Positions 20,334 to 30,969 of a stretch of 64,000 bases of DNA are shown piece after piece. The translations under genes and the position numbers were made by a program. The stretch comes from Polyangiales bacterium. GTDB lineage: Bacteria; Myxococcota_A; Polyangia; Polyangiales; Ga0077539. Under the pieces are notes generated by a model. It saw nothing but the letters and a program-made list of their open reading frames with translations, was not told where the DNA came from and did not search any database. The DNA is taken from positions 192,001 to 256,000 of the forward strand of contig JBGARZ010000012.1 of assembly GCA_044229975.1 (NCBI GenBank), read 5' to 3'. The first letter of the stretch is position 1. Every line of letters begins with the position of its first letter.

Positions 20334-23300
20334 CGCTCCTCGCCGACCGCTTCGAGCTCGGCGCGCCGCTCGGAACGGGCGGCATGGGCGACGTCTTCCG
20401 CGCGACCGACCGTCGCACCGGGCGCGCCGTCGCCGTGAAGGTGCTGCGCTCGCAGGACACCGAGGCACCCAGCGCCGCGCGCTTTGCGGCCGAGATCGAC
20501 GTGCTCGCCGAGCTCGCCCACCCGGGCATCGTCGCGTACGTCGGGCACGGGGTCACCGACGACGGACGACCGTTCCTCGCGATGGAGTGCCTCGAAGGCG
20601 AGGTGCTCACCGCGCGGCTCTCCCGCGGACCGCTCTCGGTGGCCGACACCCTGGCGCTGGTCGGTCGCACGGCCGACGCCCTCCACGCCGCGCACCGCCG
20701 CGGCCTCGTGCACCGCGACGTGAAGCCGTCCAACCTCTTCCTGCGCGACGGTGACGCCGCGCGGGTGACGGTGCTCGACTTCGGCATCGTCCGCGCCGTC
20801 GGCGGCGAGCGCGCCCTCACGCAGAGCGGCGTCATCGTCGGAACGCCCGAGTACATGGCGCCCGAGCAGGCCCAGGGCCTCCGCACCATCGGCCCGGCCG
20901 CGGATGTGTTCGCGCTCGGGTGCGTGTTCTATCAGTGCCTCACGGGGCGCTCGCCCTTCGCGGCGAGTCACCTCGTGGCGACGCTCGGGAAGGTGCTCTT
21001 CGGCGAGCCCGCGCCCATCGAGGCCACGCGACCCGACGTCCCTGCGCCGGTGCGATCGCTCATCGCGCACATGTTGAAGAAGCAACCGCTCGACCGCCCG
21101 AAGGACGGCGGCGCCGTGGTCGCGGCCCTCGCCAACCTCGCCCCACTCCCGCCAACGGTGAGCGTGACCGCGCCCGCACCGATCGGGCTCGGCGCGCGCG
21201 AGCTCGAATTGGTGAGCGTCATCGTGGTGGCCCGACCGGGTGGCCCCGACGACGCCACGCTCGTCAGCGACGAAGCGTCGTCCCCGATCGCCTCCGCGGC
21301 GCGGCGCGCCATCGCGGCCCATGGGGTTCGCACCGAGCGCCTCGCCGACGGCTCCATCGTCGCGACGCTCGGACAGGGCGGCTCCGCGATCGACCTCGCC
21401 GTGCAGGCGGTGAACCTCGCGCGACTCGCCCGGGACGCGTGGCCCGGTGCGCTCGTGGCGGTCGCGACGGCGCGCGGCGTGGCGGGCGAGCGGCTGCCCC
21501 TCGGCGAGGCGCTCGAACGCGCGGCTTCGCTGATCGCAGCGGACCACTCGTCGGCCCGGGTGCGTCTGGACACCGTGACGGCGGCGCTGCTCGACGGGCG
21601 CATCAGCACGGTGCCGACCGGCGACGGGTGGCGCACGCTCGACGACAGCCCCGTGTCCGTCGACGCCTCGCGCCCGCTCCTCGGTCGCGCCACCCCCTGC
21701 GTCGGCCGCGAGCAGGAACTCTCCCTCCTCGAAATGACCATGTCCGCGAGCTTCGACGAGGGGTCCGCGCGGGCCGTCCTCGTGGTCGCGGGCGCGGGCC
21801 TCGGGAAGTCGCGGCTGCGTCACGAGCTCCTGCGGCGGGTGGCCCAACGCGACCCATCACTCCCGGTGCTGCGCCTGGAGGCGAAGGGAGAGCTGCTGCG
21901 CGCGGCGACGCCCCTCGGGCTCGTGGCCCAGTGCCTCCGTCGACACTTCGAGGTCGCCGACGACGAGGCCCCCGAGGCGGCTCGATCGAAGCTCCTGCGC
22001 GGCGTCGCGGCGATGCTGTCCCCCGCGACGGCGACCGGCGTGGCCGAGCTCCTCGGCGAGCTCTGCGACCTGCCCTTCCCCGACGAGCACAGCGTCCGGT
22101 TGCGCGCGGCCCGGCAAGACCCGCGCGTGATGCAGGCGCGGATGAGCGAGGCGTTTCTGGAGTACCTCCGCGGGGCGACCGAGCGTCACGGGGTGTGGTT
22201 CGTGCTCGAAGATCTCCACTGGGGTGACCGCGCCTCGATGAGCCTCGTCGAGCTGGCGCTGCGGGAGTTCGCCGAGCGCCCGCTCTTCGTGGTGGCCTTC
22301 GCGCGGCCGGAGATCCACGAGCTCGCACCGGAGCTGTGGAAGGGCCGCGTGACACTCCTCCCGCTGCGTCCGCTGGGGCGTCGGGCGTGCGAGCGGCTCG
22401 CGACCGCCGTGGCCGGTGATCGCCTCGACGCGACGGCCATCACCCGCATCGCGGAGCAGTCCGACGGCAACGCCCTCTACCTCGAAGAGCTCGTTCGATC
22501 GGCCTGCCACGGCGAGGGCGACGCCCCTCCGGCGACGGTGCTCGCGATGTTGCAGGCGCGCATCGGCTGGCTCGACACCGGCGTGCGGCGGGTGCTTCGC
22601 GCGGCGAGCGTGTTTGGTGAGTGCTTCGCGCTCGAAGGGGTGCGCGCGGTGCTCGGCGTACACCACGAAGACGACGGCGACCGGTCGATGTCCGAGCTGG
22701 TGCGCGAGGAGATCGTCGAGGCCCAGCGCGACGCGCCGGGGTCGTACCGCATCCGCCACGCGCTGATGCGCGACGCCGCGTACGGGTTGCTCACGGACGA
22801 CGATCGCCGGCTCGGTCATCGCCTCGCGGCCGGGTGGCTCGCCGCGCGCGAAGGCGACCCGGCGCCCATCGCGGAGCACCACCTCCTCGGGGGAAGCGCC
22901 GACGACGCGGCGCCGTGGTTCGTGCGAGCGGCGCAGCGCGCCTTCGACCGCGGGGAGTTTCGCGCGTGCGAGGCCCTCGCCCAGAGGGCACGCGCGGCAG
23001 GCGTGGGAGGCGAAGCGCTCGGCGCGCTCGGCGCTTTGGAAGCGTTCGGCGCGATCACCCGGTGGGACTGGACGACCGCGGCCGCGGTGGTGACCGAGTC
23101 GGCGGCGCTGCTCTCCGCGGGGACCACCTACTGGTGCTACGCCCAGCGCACCGTCGCGCAGCTCGCGGCCTATCGCAACGATCGCGCGGCGCTCCAGGCG
23201 TGCATCGAGGGCTTCCTCGCCGCCGATCCGTCGGACGAGGCGACCCTGGTCTACGGCGACACGGCGGTTCACCTGGCGAGCGCGGTGATCCAGGTGGGTC

Positions 23301-24169
23301 TACCTCCGCTCGGGCTCGCGCTGCTGGCGCGGGCAGAGGCGACGTGCGGCGAGCTGCTGCCGCGGTACCCGCTCTTGCTGGCGTGGCTCAACACGGTGCG
23401 CTGCACCTACGAGCGCCACACCGGCGACGCGCTGGCCCCGCAGCTCGCGCTGCTCCGCGAGGCGATCGAGCGGTACACCGAGGGCGGCGGGTCTGAGCTC
23501 ATGGTGGTGTTCGTGGGCGACAACCTGGGCGAGATCGAGTGCCGCGCGGGCGACCTCGCGGCGGGCGAGGCGCGGCTGCGTGCATCGCTCACCGACGCGC
23601 TGGCGCTGGGCATCGGGATGGGCGTCTCCCACGCGCGGCTGGCCCTGGCCAACGGGCTCCTCGCGCAGGGCCGACGCGACGCCGTCGAGGAGGCCGCGCG
23701 GCTCGCGGGCGAGATCCTGGCGACGCCGGGCATCTCGGACGGCTACCAGGCGATGGCGCGCGACGTCCTGGCCGAGACGCTGCTCTCGAACAACGCCTTC
23801 GAGGACGCCGAGCGCGAGGCGCGGACGGCGGTGGCGCTGTCGCCGCACACGCCGGTGCGACGGTGGCTGATGCAGGCGCGATGGAGCCGCGCGCTCATTG
23901 GCCTGGGCCGCGTCGAAGAGGGTTGTCGACGCGCCATGGAGGCCGTCGAGGAGATGGACGCCGCGGGTTCGGGCGGTGGGTACGCCGAGCTGCCGCTGCT
24001 GCTGGCGGCGACGGAGGCGGCCCGACGCGCGCACCGGCCGGACGACGCCGAGCGCCTGGAGCGACGCGCCGACGCGTGGGTCGATCGGCAGTCGGCGGCC
24101 TTCGAGGACGAGACGGCGCGCAAGGCGTACCGCGATCGGGTCGCCCGCGAGCGCCACTCCGAGCGCTGA
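20330..24169 (+). CDS. Ser/Thr kinase + STAND/AAA ATPase + TPR protein
   Basis: GTGGMGDV, HRDVKPSN, GTPEYMAPE; CVGREQEL, GAGLGKS, LEDLHWGD, GNALYLEE; GTG overlaps upstream stop. Confidence 0.9.
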   Translation: MTLLADRFELGAPLGTGGMGDVFRATDRRTGRAVAVKVLRSQDTEAPSAARFAAEIDVLAELAHPGIVAYVGHGVTDDGRPFLAMECLEGEVLTARLSRGPLSVADTLALVGRTADALHAAHRRGLVHRDVKPSNLFLRDGDAARVTVLDFGIVRAVGGERALTQSGVIVGTPEYMAPEQAQGLRTIGPAADVFALGCVFYQCLTGRSPFAASHLVATLGKVLFGEPAPIEATRPDVPAPVRSLIAHMLKKQPLDRPKDGGAVVAALANLAPLPPTVSVTAPAPIGLGARELELVSVIVVARPGGPDDATLVSDEASSPIASAARRAIAAHGVRTERLADGSIVATLGQGGSAIDLAVQAVNLARLARDAWPGALVAVATARGVAGERLPLGEALERAASLIAADHSSARVRLDTVTAALLDGRISTVPTGDGWRTLDDSPVSVDASRPLLGRATPCVGREQELSLLEMTMSASFDEGSARAVLVVAGAGLGKSRLRHELLRRVAQRDPSLPVLRLEAKGELLRAATPLGLVAQCLRRHFEVADDEAPEAARSKLLRGVAAMLSPATATGVAELLGELCDLPFPDEHSVRLRAARQDPRVMQARMSEAFLEYLRGATERHGVWFVLEDLHWGDRASMSLVELALREFAERPLFVVAFARPEIHELAPELWKGRVTLLPLRPLGRRACERLATAVAGDRLDATAITRIAEQSDGNALYLEELVRSACHGEGDAPPATVLAMLQARIGWLDTGVRRVLRAASVFGECFALEGVRAVLGVHHEDDGDRSMSELVREEIVEAQRDAPGSYRIRHALMRDAAYGLLTDDDRRLGHRLAAGWLAAREGDPAPIAEHHLLGGSADDAAPWFVRAAQRAFDRGEFRACEALAQRARAAGVGGEALGALGALEAFGAITRWDWTTAAAVVTESAALLSAGTTYWCYAQRTVAQLAAYRNDRAALQACIEGFLAADPSDEATLVYGDTAVHLASAVIQVGLPPLGLALLARAEATCGELLPRYPLLLAWLNTVRCTYERHTGDALAPQLALLREAIERYTEGGGSELMVVFVGDNLGEIECRAGDLAAGEARLRASLTDALALGIGMGVSHARLALANGLLAQGRRDAVEEAARLAGEILATPGISDGYQAMARDVLAETLLSNNAFEDAEREARTAVALSPHTPVRRWLMQARWSRALIGLGRVEEGCRRAMEAVEEMDAAGSGGGYAELPLLLAATEAARRAHRPDDAERLERRADAWVDRQSAAFEDETARKAYRDRVARERHSER

Positions 24170-24235
24170 CGCCCACCCGTTTCTCCCTCTGGGATTCGGA
24201 GCGCTTGTATTGCCGACCTGCGATCGGTACCGTCG

Positions 24236-25129
24236 ATGTCCGTGTCCACCGACGTGCACGCGACGAACGCCCCCGCTCGATTCGCCCACGGCTCACCCGA
24301 CGCGGAGCTGTTCTGCGAACCCTCCGACGAGGCCCATCGCCTGCTGCGCTGGCTCGGCCCGCTCACGACGCCCACCGACGGTCGCGGCACCCTCCCGTGG
24401 CGCGCGCTGCGGAGCTTCATCATCTCGCCGTTCACGCAGCTCACCTTCGTGAGCTTCGACCTCCAGATGTTTCTCTTCGACGTGTTTCACACGACGCGCA
24501 CCGCCCGCGCGGGCCACTTCATCGGCATGGTCGGCGTCAACCTCTTCGTCCTCGCCCTCGCCGTCCACGCGGGCGGAACTCCCCTCGGCGGCGCGCCCGT
24601 CGCGCTGACGCTCCTCGCCTGGTACGCCGCGGTCGCCTGGACCACCCGCCTCGCGCTCTGGTGGGTCGCCATGGTCGCCGTGGTCGCCGCGCTCTGGGCC
24701 GCCGCGTGCGCGCTCGGCGCTGCGCTCACCGCCTCCGCGCTCGCTCTCGGCGTCGGCATCTCCGGCGCCGTGGTCGCCTTCTCCCACCTCCCCGAACCGC
24801 TCTATCCGCCGCGCGCCGGTGACCCCCTCCGATGGACGACGGTCGGTGGGTTCATCCGCGGCCCCGACGGCGCGCGCAACCCCGCGACCACCATCGTGCT
24901 GCGCGCGGTGCGCGTCTCGTCCTATGTGTTCGTCGGCTGGGTCAGCGAGATCTGGGCGTCGCCGCGGCTGCTCCCCTACAACGTGCTGCGGCTGATGTTT
25001 CGCGCGGGCTACGCGCGCGAGCTCGCCACCGTGCTCGACGAGCGGGCGCGGCGGGCGTGGGCGTCGGGCAACCCTGCGCTCGACTACGTGGGCATCGGCG
25101 GCGGAACCTTCCTCGCTCCTCCGCGCTGA
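24236..25129 (+). CDS. Polytopic membrane protein (possibly Mpo1/DUF962-like)
   Basis: Several TM helices; His residues in FHTT, GHFIG and SH. Confidence 0.65.
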   Translation: MSVSTDVHATNAPARFAHGSPDAELFCEPSDEAHRLLRWLGPLTTPTDGRGTLPWRALRSFIISPFTQLTFVSFDLQMFLFDVFHTTRTARAGHFIGMVGVNLFVLALAVHAGGTPLGGAPVALTLLAWYAAVAWTTRLALWWVAMVAVVAALWAAACALGAALTASALALGVGISGAVVAFSHLPEPLYPPRAGDPLRWTTVGGFIRGPDGARNPATTIVLRAVRVSSYVFVGWVSEIWASPRLLPYNVLRLMFRAGYARELATVLDERARRAWASGNPALDYVGIGGGTFLAPPR

Positions 25130-25293
25130 CGAAGCGCACGGCGCCCTTCAGCCTCGCGAAAGGCGGAGCAGGGAATGGCAGCGCTGGGAGGCGCACGGTC
25201 TTCCAGTCCATCCCCTTCACGCGCATGACCCTCGCCGTCGCTCCTCCCCTGCGACCCTGCGCGTCTCTACGACCACCAACCTCCCCCCCGCCG

Positions 25294-27651
25294 CTACCGT
25301 CCGCTCTCCGCCGCCCGTCGGCTCCAATCCCACGCGCACAGCGCCGCGAGCGCATACACCGCCGCCGCCGCCCCGAGCGTCCGCGGAATCCCATACAGCA
25401 GCGACACCACCAGCGCCGCCACGCTCCCGAGCACGCTCGTCGCGCCGTTGATCGCCAGCGCCAGCGGAACGCCCCTCGCCCGCGCCACGAAGCGCAGCCC
25501 CGACGGAAACAGCATCCCCAGCACGAGCCCCACGACCATCGCGGTCGCCGACGTCCACACCACGCGCAGCGCCAGCGACGACCCCGCCGTCGCCCGCGCG
25601 AGCGGCCCGATCACCGCCCCCGGCAGCAGCGCCAGCACCACCGCGGCCACCATCGCCACTGCCACCACACCGCGCAGCGAGCGCACCACCCGCGCCGACA
25701 GGAAGCTCCCCGCGCCGCTCGCCACCAGCAGCGCCGCGAGCACGCCCACGAGCGCGTACGTCGGGTGCCCCAGCACCACGTGCATGCGCTGCACGAGCGC
25801 CACTTCGACCAGCATGAAGCCCGCCCCCAGCGCGGCGAAGTACATCCCCGCCGACGCGCACGGCAGCGACGCCTCGCGCGACCGCGCCGCCCGCGCGAGC
25901 GTCGGACCGAGCAGCGCCGCCCCCAACAGCGCGACGACGCCGAAGGTCAGCAGCAGCGCCCGCATGGCCCGCAGCGCCCCGCGCGGAACCGACGGGCGCC
26001 CCGGTCGATCGCGCCCCGCGTCGATGGGATGCCACCACGCGCTCGCGGGCAGCACATGGAAGAAGAACGGCCGGTCGTCCGTCGGCGGCGTCGTGTCGAA
26101 GCCGAGCGATGCACCCACCGCCCTCAGCGCGTCATCGTCGCGCGCACGCACCACGCGACTCGGAACGCTCTCATCCGCCGGCCGGTCGGGCGCGAGCAGC
26201 ACGTCGTATCCGAGGCTGGCGTTGAGGTGATGCACCACCGCGAGGTCGCGCGGGGTGAAGGGCGACGGGCTCACCAGGATGGTCGCGATGTTGAGCGAGC
26301 GCACCAGCACGATGTGGCGCCACGGCTCGCGCACGCCGCGGTCGCGCAGGGCCGACGACGCGAGCGCCACGAGGCGGCCGACCTCCGCCGACGCACCCAC
26401 GACATGCCAGCGCGAGAAGGTCAGCACGCCGTCGGGCTCGACGCGATCGAGGAAGAGCCTCCACGCTTCGCGGGTGTAGAGCGTCGCCTCGGAGTGCGCG
26501 AAGGCACCCGCCGCCGTTGCCGCCCAGGTGTCGACCAGCGACGCCTGGAGCACGCCGCAGCGCTCCCCGAGGCGCCCGATCTCCGCGCGGCCGTCGCCGA
26601 TGATGAGCCGGAAGCGCGGGTCGCGGATGAGCGGCGAGTCGGGCGCGACGTGTTCGAGCATCTCGCCGATGCCGGGGTTGATCTCGATGCCGACGGCGCG
26701 CGGGTGACCCGCGGACAGCGCCGTGAGCACGTCGCGACCGCCGCCGACGCCGATGACGCAGGAGAGCCCGCCCGGCCGCAGCCAGTGCGCCGCCGCGGTC
26801 ACGTCGTAGCGGAGAAAGGCCAGGTCGTTGAGGGTGCGCCACGCGACCACGGGGGTTCCGGCGTCGCCGTCGATGCGCGCGGTGCGCTGCCGAACCGTCA
26901 CCCGCGGCGCGGCCCGCGAAGCGCCCCAATAGAACGCCGGCTCCGGCCGCAGCGGGGCGAGGACGACCTGGGAGAGGGCGTTCCAGACCTCGAAGGTGCC
27001 CGCGGGGAGCGACACGGCGCGGCCCTTCGGATGACGGATGGTGAGCCCATACGGCGTGAGCTGCGTGAGCAGCAGCACCACCAGCGTTGCGCCGGTGAGC
27101 GCGACCCGCGGCGGTGAGGTGGCCAGCGCGACAGCGGTGAGCGCGGCGAGCAGCGCGACGGCCACCATCGCCGCCGGGCCCGAGAGCGGCCCCAACAGAA
27201 CCAGCGGCAGCAGCGCGCCCATCGCCGCGGCGCCGAGGTCGGCGGCGTAGAGCGATCCGAGTTCGAGCTCGGTCTCTCCCATGAGGCGCGCGACGATCGA
27301 TCCGCCGGTCACCATGGGCCACGCCGCCGCGAGCGCCGCGAGCGCGATGGCGGCGACCGACGCGGGGTCCGCCTCCAACCGCAGCGGAACCAGGCACACC
27401 ACCGCCGTCAGCGAGAGCAGACCCGCGGCGAAGCGGGCGAAGCGCGACGCGAGCCACGGCCGGAGCGGCGTGCCAACGGCAGCGAGCGCTTCGAGCGACC
27501 CGCGCGTGAGCCCGAGCATCGCGATGGACAGCACGACAAACGCGAGGCTGTACCAGGACGCCACCGACAGCAGCCGCGTGAGCAGCACCTCCACCAGCAC
27601 GATGGACGCGGACGCTTGTGCCAGCAGCAGGAGCAGCGCCCTTCGCGTCAT
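25294..27651 (-). CDS. Membrane-bound spermidine-synthase-like SAM-dependent enzyme
   Basis: N- and C-terminal TM bundles; VIGVGGGRD, IEIN, GDGR, LYTRE. Confidence 0.85.
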   Translation of the reverse strand: MTRRALLLLLAQASASIVLVEVLLTRLLSVASWYSLAFVVLSIAMLGLTRGSLEALAAVGTPLRPWLASRFARFAAGLLSLTAVVCLVPLRLEADPASVAAIALAALAAAWPMVTGGSIVARLMGETELELGSLYAADLGAAAMGALLPLVLLGPLSGPAAMVAVALLAALTAVALATSPPRVALTGATLVVLLLTQLTPYGLTIRHPKGRAVSLPAGTFEVWNALSQVVLAPLRPEPAFYWGASRAAPRVTVRQRTARIDGDAGTPVVAWRTLNDLAFLRYDVTAAAHWLRPGGLSCVIGVGGGRDVLTALSAGHPRAVGIEINPGIGEMLEHVAPDSPLIRDPRFRLIIGDGRAEIGRLGERCGVLQASLVDTWAATAAGAFAHSEATLYTREAWRLFLDRVEPDGVLTFSRWHVVGASAEVGRLVALASSALRDRGVREPWRHIVLVRSLNIATILVSPSPFTPRDLAVVHHLNASLGYDVLLAPDRPADESVPSRVVRARDDDALRAVGASLGFDTTPPTDDRPFFFHVLPASAWWHPIDAGRDRPGRPSVPRGALRAMRALLLTFGVVALLGAALLGPTLARAARSREASLPCASAGMYFAALGAGFMLVEVALVQRMHVVLGHPTYALVGVLAALLVASGAGSFLSARVVRSLRGVVAVAMVAAVVLALLPGAVIGPLARATAGSSLALRVVWTSATAMVVGLVLGMLFPSGLRFVARARGVPLALAINGATSVLGSVAALVVSLLYGIPRTLGAAAAVYALAALCAWDWSRRAAESGR

Positions 27652-27785
27652 GGGGCACGCTAGGTGAAACCCCCGGGAGATGTCGGCAATTCGCCCCCGC
27701 TCTCGGAAGATCTATCGCAAGACACGCCGATCGCACCGCAACCGCCGCCCTGCCTCCCGCCTGCTCGCCGCGCTACACGAAGCTC

Positions 27786-28691
27786 ATGCAACCCTTCGAC
27801 GTCATCATCGTCGGCGCCGGCCCCGCCGGGCTCTCCGCCGCCCTCGCCCTCGGCCGCGCGCGCCGCCGCGTCCTCCTCTGCGACGCCGGTGCGCCCCGCA
27901 ACGCCCGCGCCCACGAGATCCACAACTTCGTCACCCGCGACGGAACGCCCCCCGCCGACTTCCGCCGCATCGCCCGCGAGCAGCTCGCACCGTACGCCTC
28001 CGTCGAGGTCCGCGACGCGCGCGTCGAGCGCATCGCCGGCGAGCGCGACCGCTTCCACGTCGAGCTCTCCACCGGCCCCGTCACGGGCCGCCGCGTGCTG
28101 CTGGGCGTCGGCATGATCGACGAGCTGCCCGAGCTCCCCGGCTACCGCGAGCTCTGGGGCCACGCGGTCTTCCAGTGCCCCTACTGCCACGGGTGGGAGG
28201 TGCGCGACGGCGCCTTCGGCTACCTCTGCTCCGCCGCGGCGTTTCTGGAGTGGCCGCTGCTGCTCCTCAACTGGACGCGCGACGTGATGGTCTTCACCGG
28301 CGGGGCCTACGAGGTCCCGTCGGAGGTGCGCGCCCGGCTCACCGCGGCGGGCATCACCATCGACGAGCGCCCCATCGCCTCGCTCGCTCTTCGCGACGAC
28401 CGCCCCGATGCGCTCGCGGCCGTGGTGTTCGCTGACGGAGCCCGCGTCGCCCGCGACGTGCTCTTCGCGCGCCCGCCGCAGCGCCAGACCGACCTCGTCA
28501 CGTCACTGGGTCTCACCCTCGACGACCACGGCTTCGTCCGCATCAACGACCACCGCGAGACCTCTCGCGCTGGCGTCTACGCCGCGGGCGACCTCGCCAC
28601 GATGATGCAGGGCGCCATCATCGCCGCCGCAGCCGGAACCATGGCCGCCGCGATGATCAACCACGAGCTCTCGATGACACCGCCAGCGTAG
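27786..28691 (+). CDS. NAD(P)/FAD-dependent oxidoreductase (thioredoxin-reductase-like)
   Basis: GAGPAG, CPYCHGWE, TSRAGVYAAGD. Confidence 0.92.
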   Translation: MQPFDVIIVGAGPAGLSAALALGRARRRVLLCDAGAPRNARAHEIHNFVTRDGTPPADFRRIAREQLAPYASVEVRDARVERIAGERDRFHVELSTGPVTGRRVLLGVGMIDELPELPGYRELWGHAVFQCPYCHGWEVRDGAFGYLCSAAAFLEWPLLLLNWTRDVMVFTGGAYEVPSEVRARLTAAGITIDERPIASLALRDDRPDALAAVVFADGARVARDVLFARPPQRQTDLVTSLGLTLDDHGFVRINDHRETSRAGVYAAGDLATMMQGAIIAAAAGTMAAAMINHELSMTPPA

Positions 28692-29544
28692 TCCGTCGCT
28701 CGGCCCGCCACGCCGCGGGTGTGACGCCGTGCGCGCGTCGGAAGAGGCGGGTGAAGTGCGTCGCGTCGGCGTAGCCCACGCGCTCGGCGATGACCTCGAC
28801 CATCTCGTCGGAGTGCAGCAGCCGACGGCGGGCCTCCGCGAGTCGACCGGCGATGATCCACTCCACGGCGCTGCGCCCGGTCGCGCGCCGCAGCTCGGTG
28901 GTCACGTGCGACGGCGATCGACGCACCGCGGCCGCCACCTCCTGCAACGTGAGCGGCCCGAGGCACCGCTGCTCGATGACCCGCAGCGCCTGCGCCGCGA
29001 GCCCTTCGCCCGGCAGCGCTTCTTCCCGCGACGGCGACGCCCGCTGCACCTCGCGCAGGATCAGCACCGTCAGACTCCGCTGCGCCGCGACGCTCGCTTC
29101 GTCGACGCCCGCCACCTCGCGCCCCAGCTCGACGAAGAGCAACGTGAGAAACTCTCTCCGCTCTTCGGAGATGCTCACCACCGCCGTCCCCCCGCTCCGA
29201 ACGCGCGCGAACGGTTCGAGCAGCGCCGTCGCCCCATCGGCCGCGAGGCACGGCGCGCAGAAGCCCGCGCCCCACGCTTCGACCCCATCGCCCGCCACCA
29301 TGCGATGCGCCTCGCCCGCGGGGACCACCACGACGTCGCCTGCGCTCACCGTCCACCGACCACGCTGCTCGATCTCCGCGCGCCCCGTCGTGTAGAAGGC
29401 CAGCGCCGCAAACTCGTGCGTCACCAGCCGCGGCGACGGGCACCGCCCCGCCATCACGTGATGCTGGACGAACACCGGCCGCTCACGTCCGAGGGTGTCT
29501 TCGCGATTCACGACGGCGAGCCCCTGGTCCGCGGGTAGTGTCAT
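28657..29544 (-). CDS. AraC-family regulator with cupin domain
   Basis: GDVVVVPAGEAH; IAERVGYADATHFTRLFRRAHGVTP; start uncertain (29544 or 29511). Confidence 0.9.
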   Translation of the reverse strand: MTLPADQGLAVVNREDTLGRERPVFVQHHVMAGRCPSPRLVTHEFAALAFYTTGRAEIEQRGRWTVSAGDVVVVPAGEAHRMVAGDGVEAWGAGFCAPCLAADGATALLEPFARVRSGGTAVVSISEERREFLTLLFVELGREVAGVDEASVAAQRSLTVLILREVQRASPSREEALPGEGLAAQALRVIEQRCLGPLTLQEVAAAVRRSPSHVTTELRRATGRSAVEWIIAGRLAEARRRLLHSDEMVEVIAERVGYADATHFTRLFRRAHGVTPAAWRAERRTTLAVSSRARG

Positions 29545-29551
29545 AACCACG

Positions 29552-30715
29552 ATGGTGTCACGCCCGGAGACCGTCGCCATCCCTCCCCTCTCGCGACTCA
29601 CCCGCGTCACCATCACGGCCGCTTGTGTCGTCGCCCTCGCCGCGGTGTTGCCCCGCTCGCTCCTGGGTCGCGAGGCCGACGCGCTCTTCGACGGTGACCT
29701 CGCCGCGCAGGACGCGCTCGCCCGCGCCGTCGCAGCCGATGTTGTGCGCGACACCGGCGCCGGGTCGTTTCACACGGGCTCGGCGCGCTTCGACGGAGAG
29801 TGGTCGCTCGTCACGTCGCAGATGGCGGCGCTCGGCCTGTCGCAGGTGATCCTCGCGCACCCCGAGCAGCGCGCCCGCTACCTCCCCTCGCTGCGCCTCG
29901 CGGTCGACCACGTCCTGCGCCCGCCGACCTTCGCCTTCGCCACGCAGGCGTGGGGCGTCTCCCCGCTCGACCACCTCGACGACGACCACGGCCACGCCTA
30001 CCTCGGCTACGTCGCGCTCGCCGTCGGCGCCCTCCGCACCGTCGACCCCGCGACCCCGCACGCCGCCCTCCACGACCGCCTCGTCGACGCGCTCGCCCGC
30101 CGCCTGGAGCACTCTGCGTCCGGCGCCATCGAGACCTACCCGGGGGAGTCCTACCCCTGCGACCTCGCGACCGTCGTCGGCGCCATCGGCCAGCACGCGC
30201 GCCTCACCCACACCGACCGCCGCGCCCTGCTCGCCCGCATGGCCACCACCTACCGCTCGCGCTGGATCAACCCCGCCTCGGGCTACCTCGCGCAGTCGGT
30301 GGTCCCCTCGACCGGCGAGCCCGCCTCGCCCGGCCGCGGCTCCGGAACAGCCCTCTCCTCCTACTTCCTCTCCTTCGCCGACCCGTCGCTCTCCCGCGCG
30401 CTGGGCGTGGCCGTCGCTCGCACCGGCCACCGCACCCTCGCGGGCTTCGGCGGCGTCCTCGAGTACGCCCCCGGCAGCGCGGGCCAGGGCGACATCGACT
30501 CCGGCCCGGTGGTGCTCGGCGTGTCGGTCTCGGCGACGGGCTTCGCGCTGTCCTCCGCGCGACAGCTCGGCGACCGCGACCGCTTCGTCGCGCTCTACCG
30601 CACGGCGGCGCTCTTCGGCGTGCCCGTCGCGCGTGGTGACGGTCGCGCCTTCGTGGCGGGCGGTCCGCTCGGCAACGCCATCATGCTGGCGATGCTCACC
30701 GCGAGGTCGCCGTGA
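29552..30715 (+). CDS. Exported linalool dehydratase/isomerase-like (alpha/alpha)6 protein
   Basis: N-terminal TM; ETYPGESYPCD, EY...GDIDSGP, SATGF motifs recalled from this family. Confidence 0.6.
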   Translation: MVSRPETVAIPPLSRLTRVTITAACVVALAAVLPRSLLGREADALFDGDLAAQDALARAVAADVVRDTGAGSFHTGSARFDGEWSLVTSQMAALGLSQVILAHPEQRARYLPSLRLAVDHVLRPPTFAFATQAWGVSPLDHLDDDHGHAYLGYVALAVGALRTVDPATPHAALHDRLVDALARRLEHSASGAIETYPGESYPCDLATVVGAIGQHARLTHTDRRALLARMATTYRSRWINPASGYLAQSVVPSTGEPASPGRGSGTALSSYFLSFADPSLSRALGVAVARTGHRTLAGFGGVLEYAPGSAGQGDIDSGPVVLGVSVSATGFALSSARQLGDRDRFVALYRTAALFGVPVARGDGRAFVAGGPLGNAIMLAMLTARSP

Positions 30716-30963
30716 GACCGTGGGCGAAGCGCGCGCTGACGATCATCGCAGCGATCGTGTTGCACGAGGCGTTGGCGCGCGGCCTCGACCGGGCGGGCCT
30801 CATCGAGCGGCTGCTGTCGCCCTCGGGCGCCGGGGCGGCGGTGGCGCTGGTGGCCGCGGTGGTGATGTACGCGCTGCGGCTGGGGCTGCTGTTCGTGGTG
30901 CCGGGCGTGGTCGTCGCGCGAGCGGTGATCGGGGCGATCGATGCCGCCCGGGCCCGACGATAG
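30712..30963 (+). CDS. Small membrane protein coupled to the upstream gene
   Basis: GTGA overlap; hydrophobic 83 aa. Confidence 0.65.
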   Translation: MRPWAKRALTIIAAIVLHEALARGLDRAGLIERLLSPSGAGAAVALVAAVVMYALRLGLLFVVPGVVVARAVIGAIDAARARR

Positions 30964-30969
30964 CGCCCG

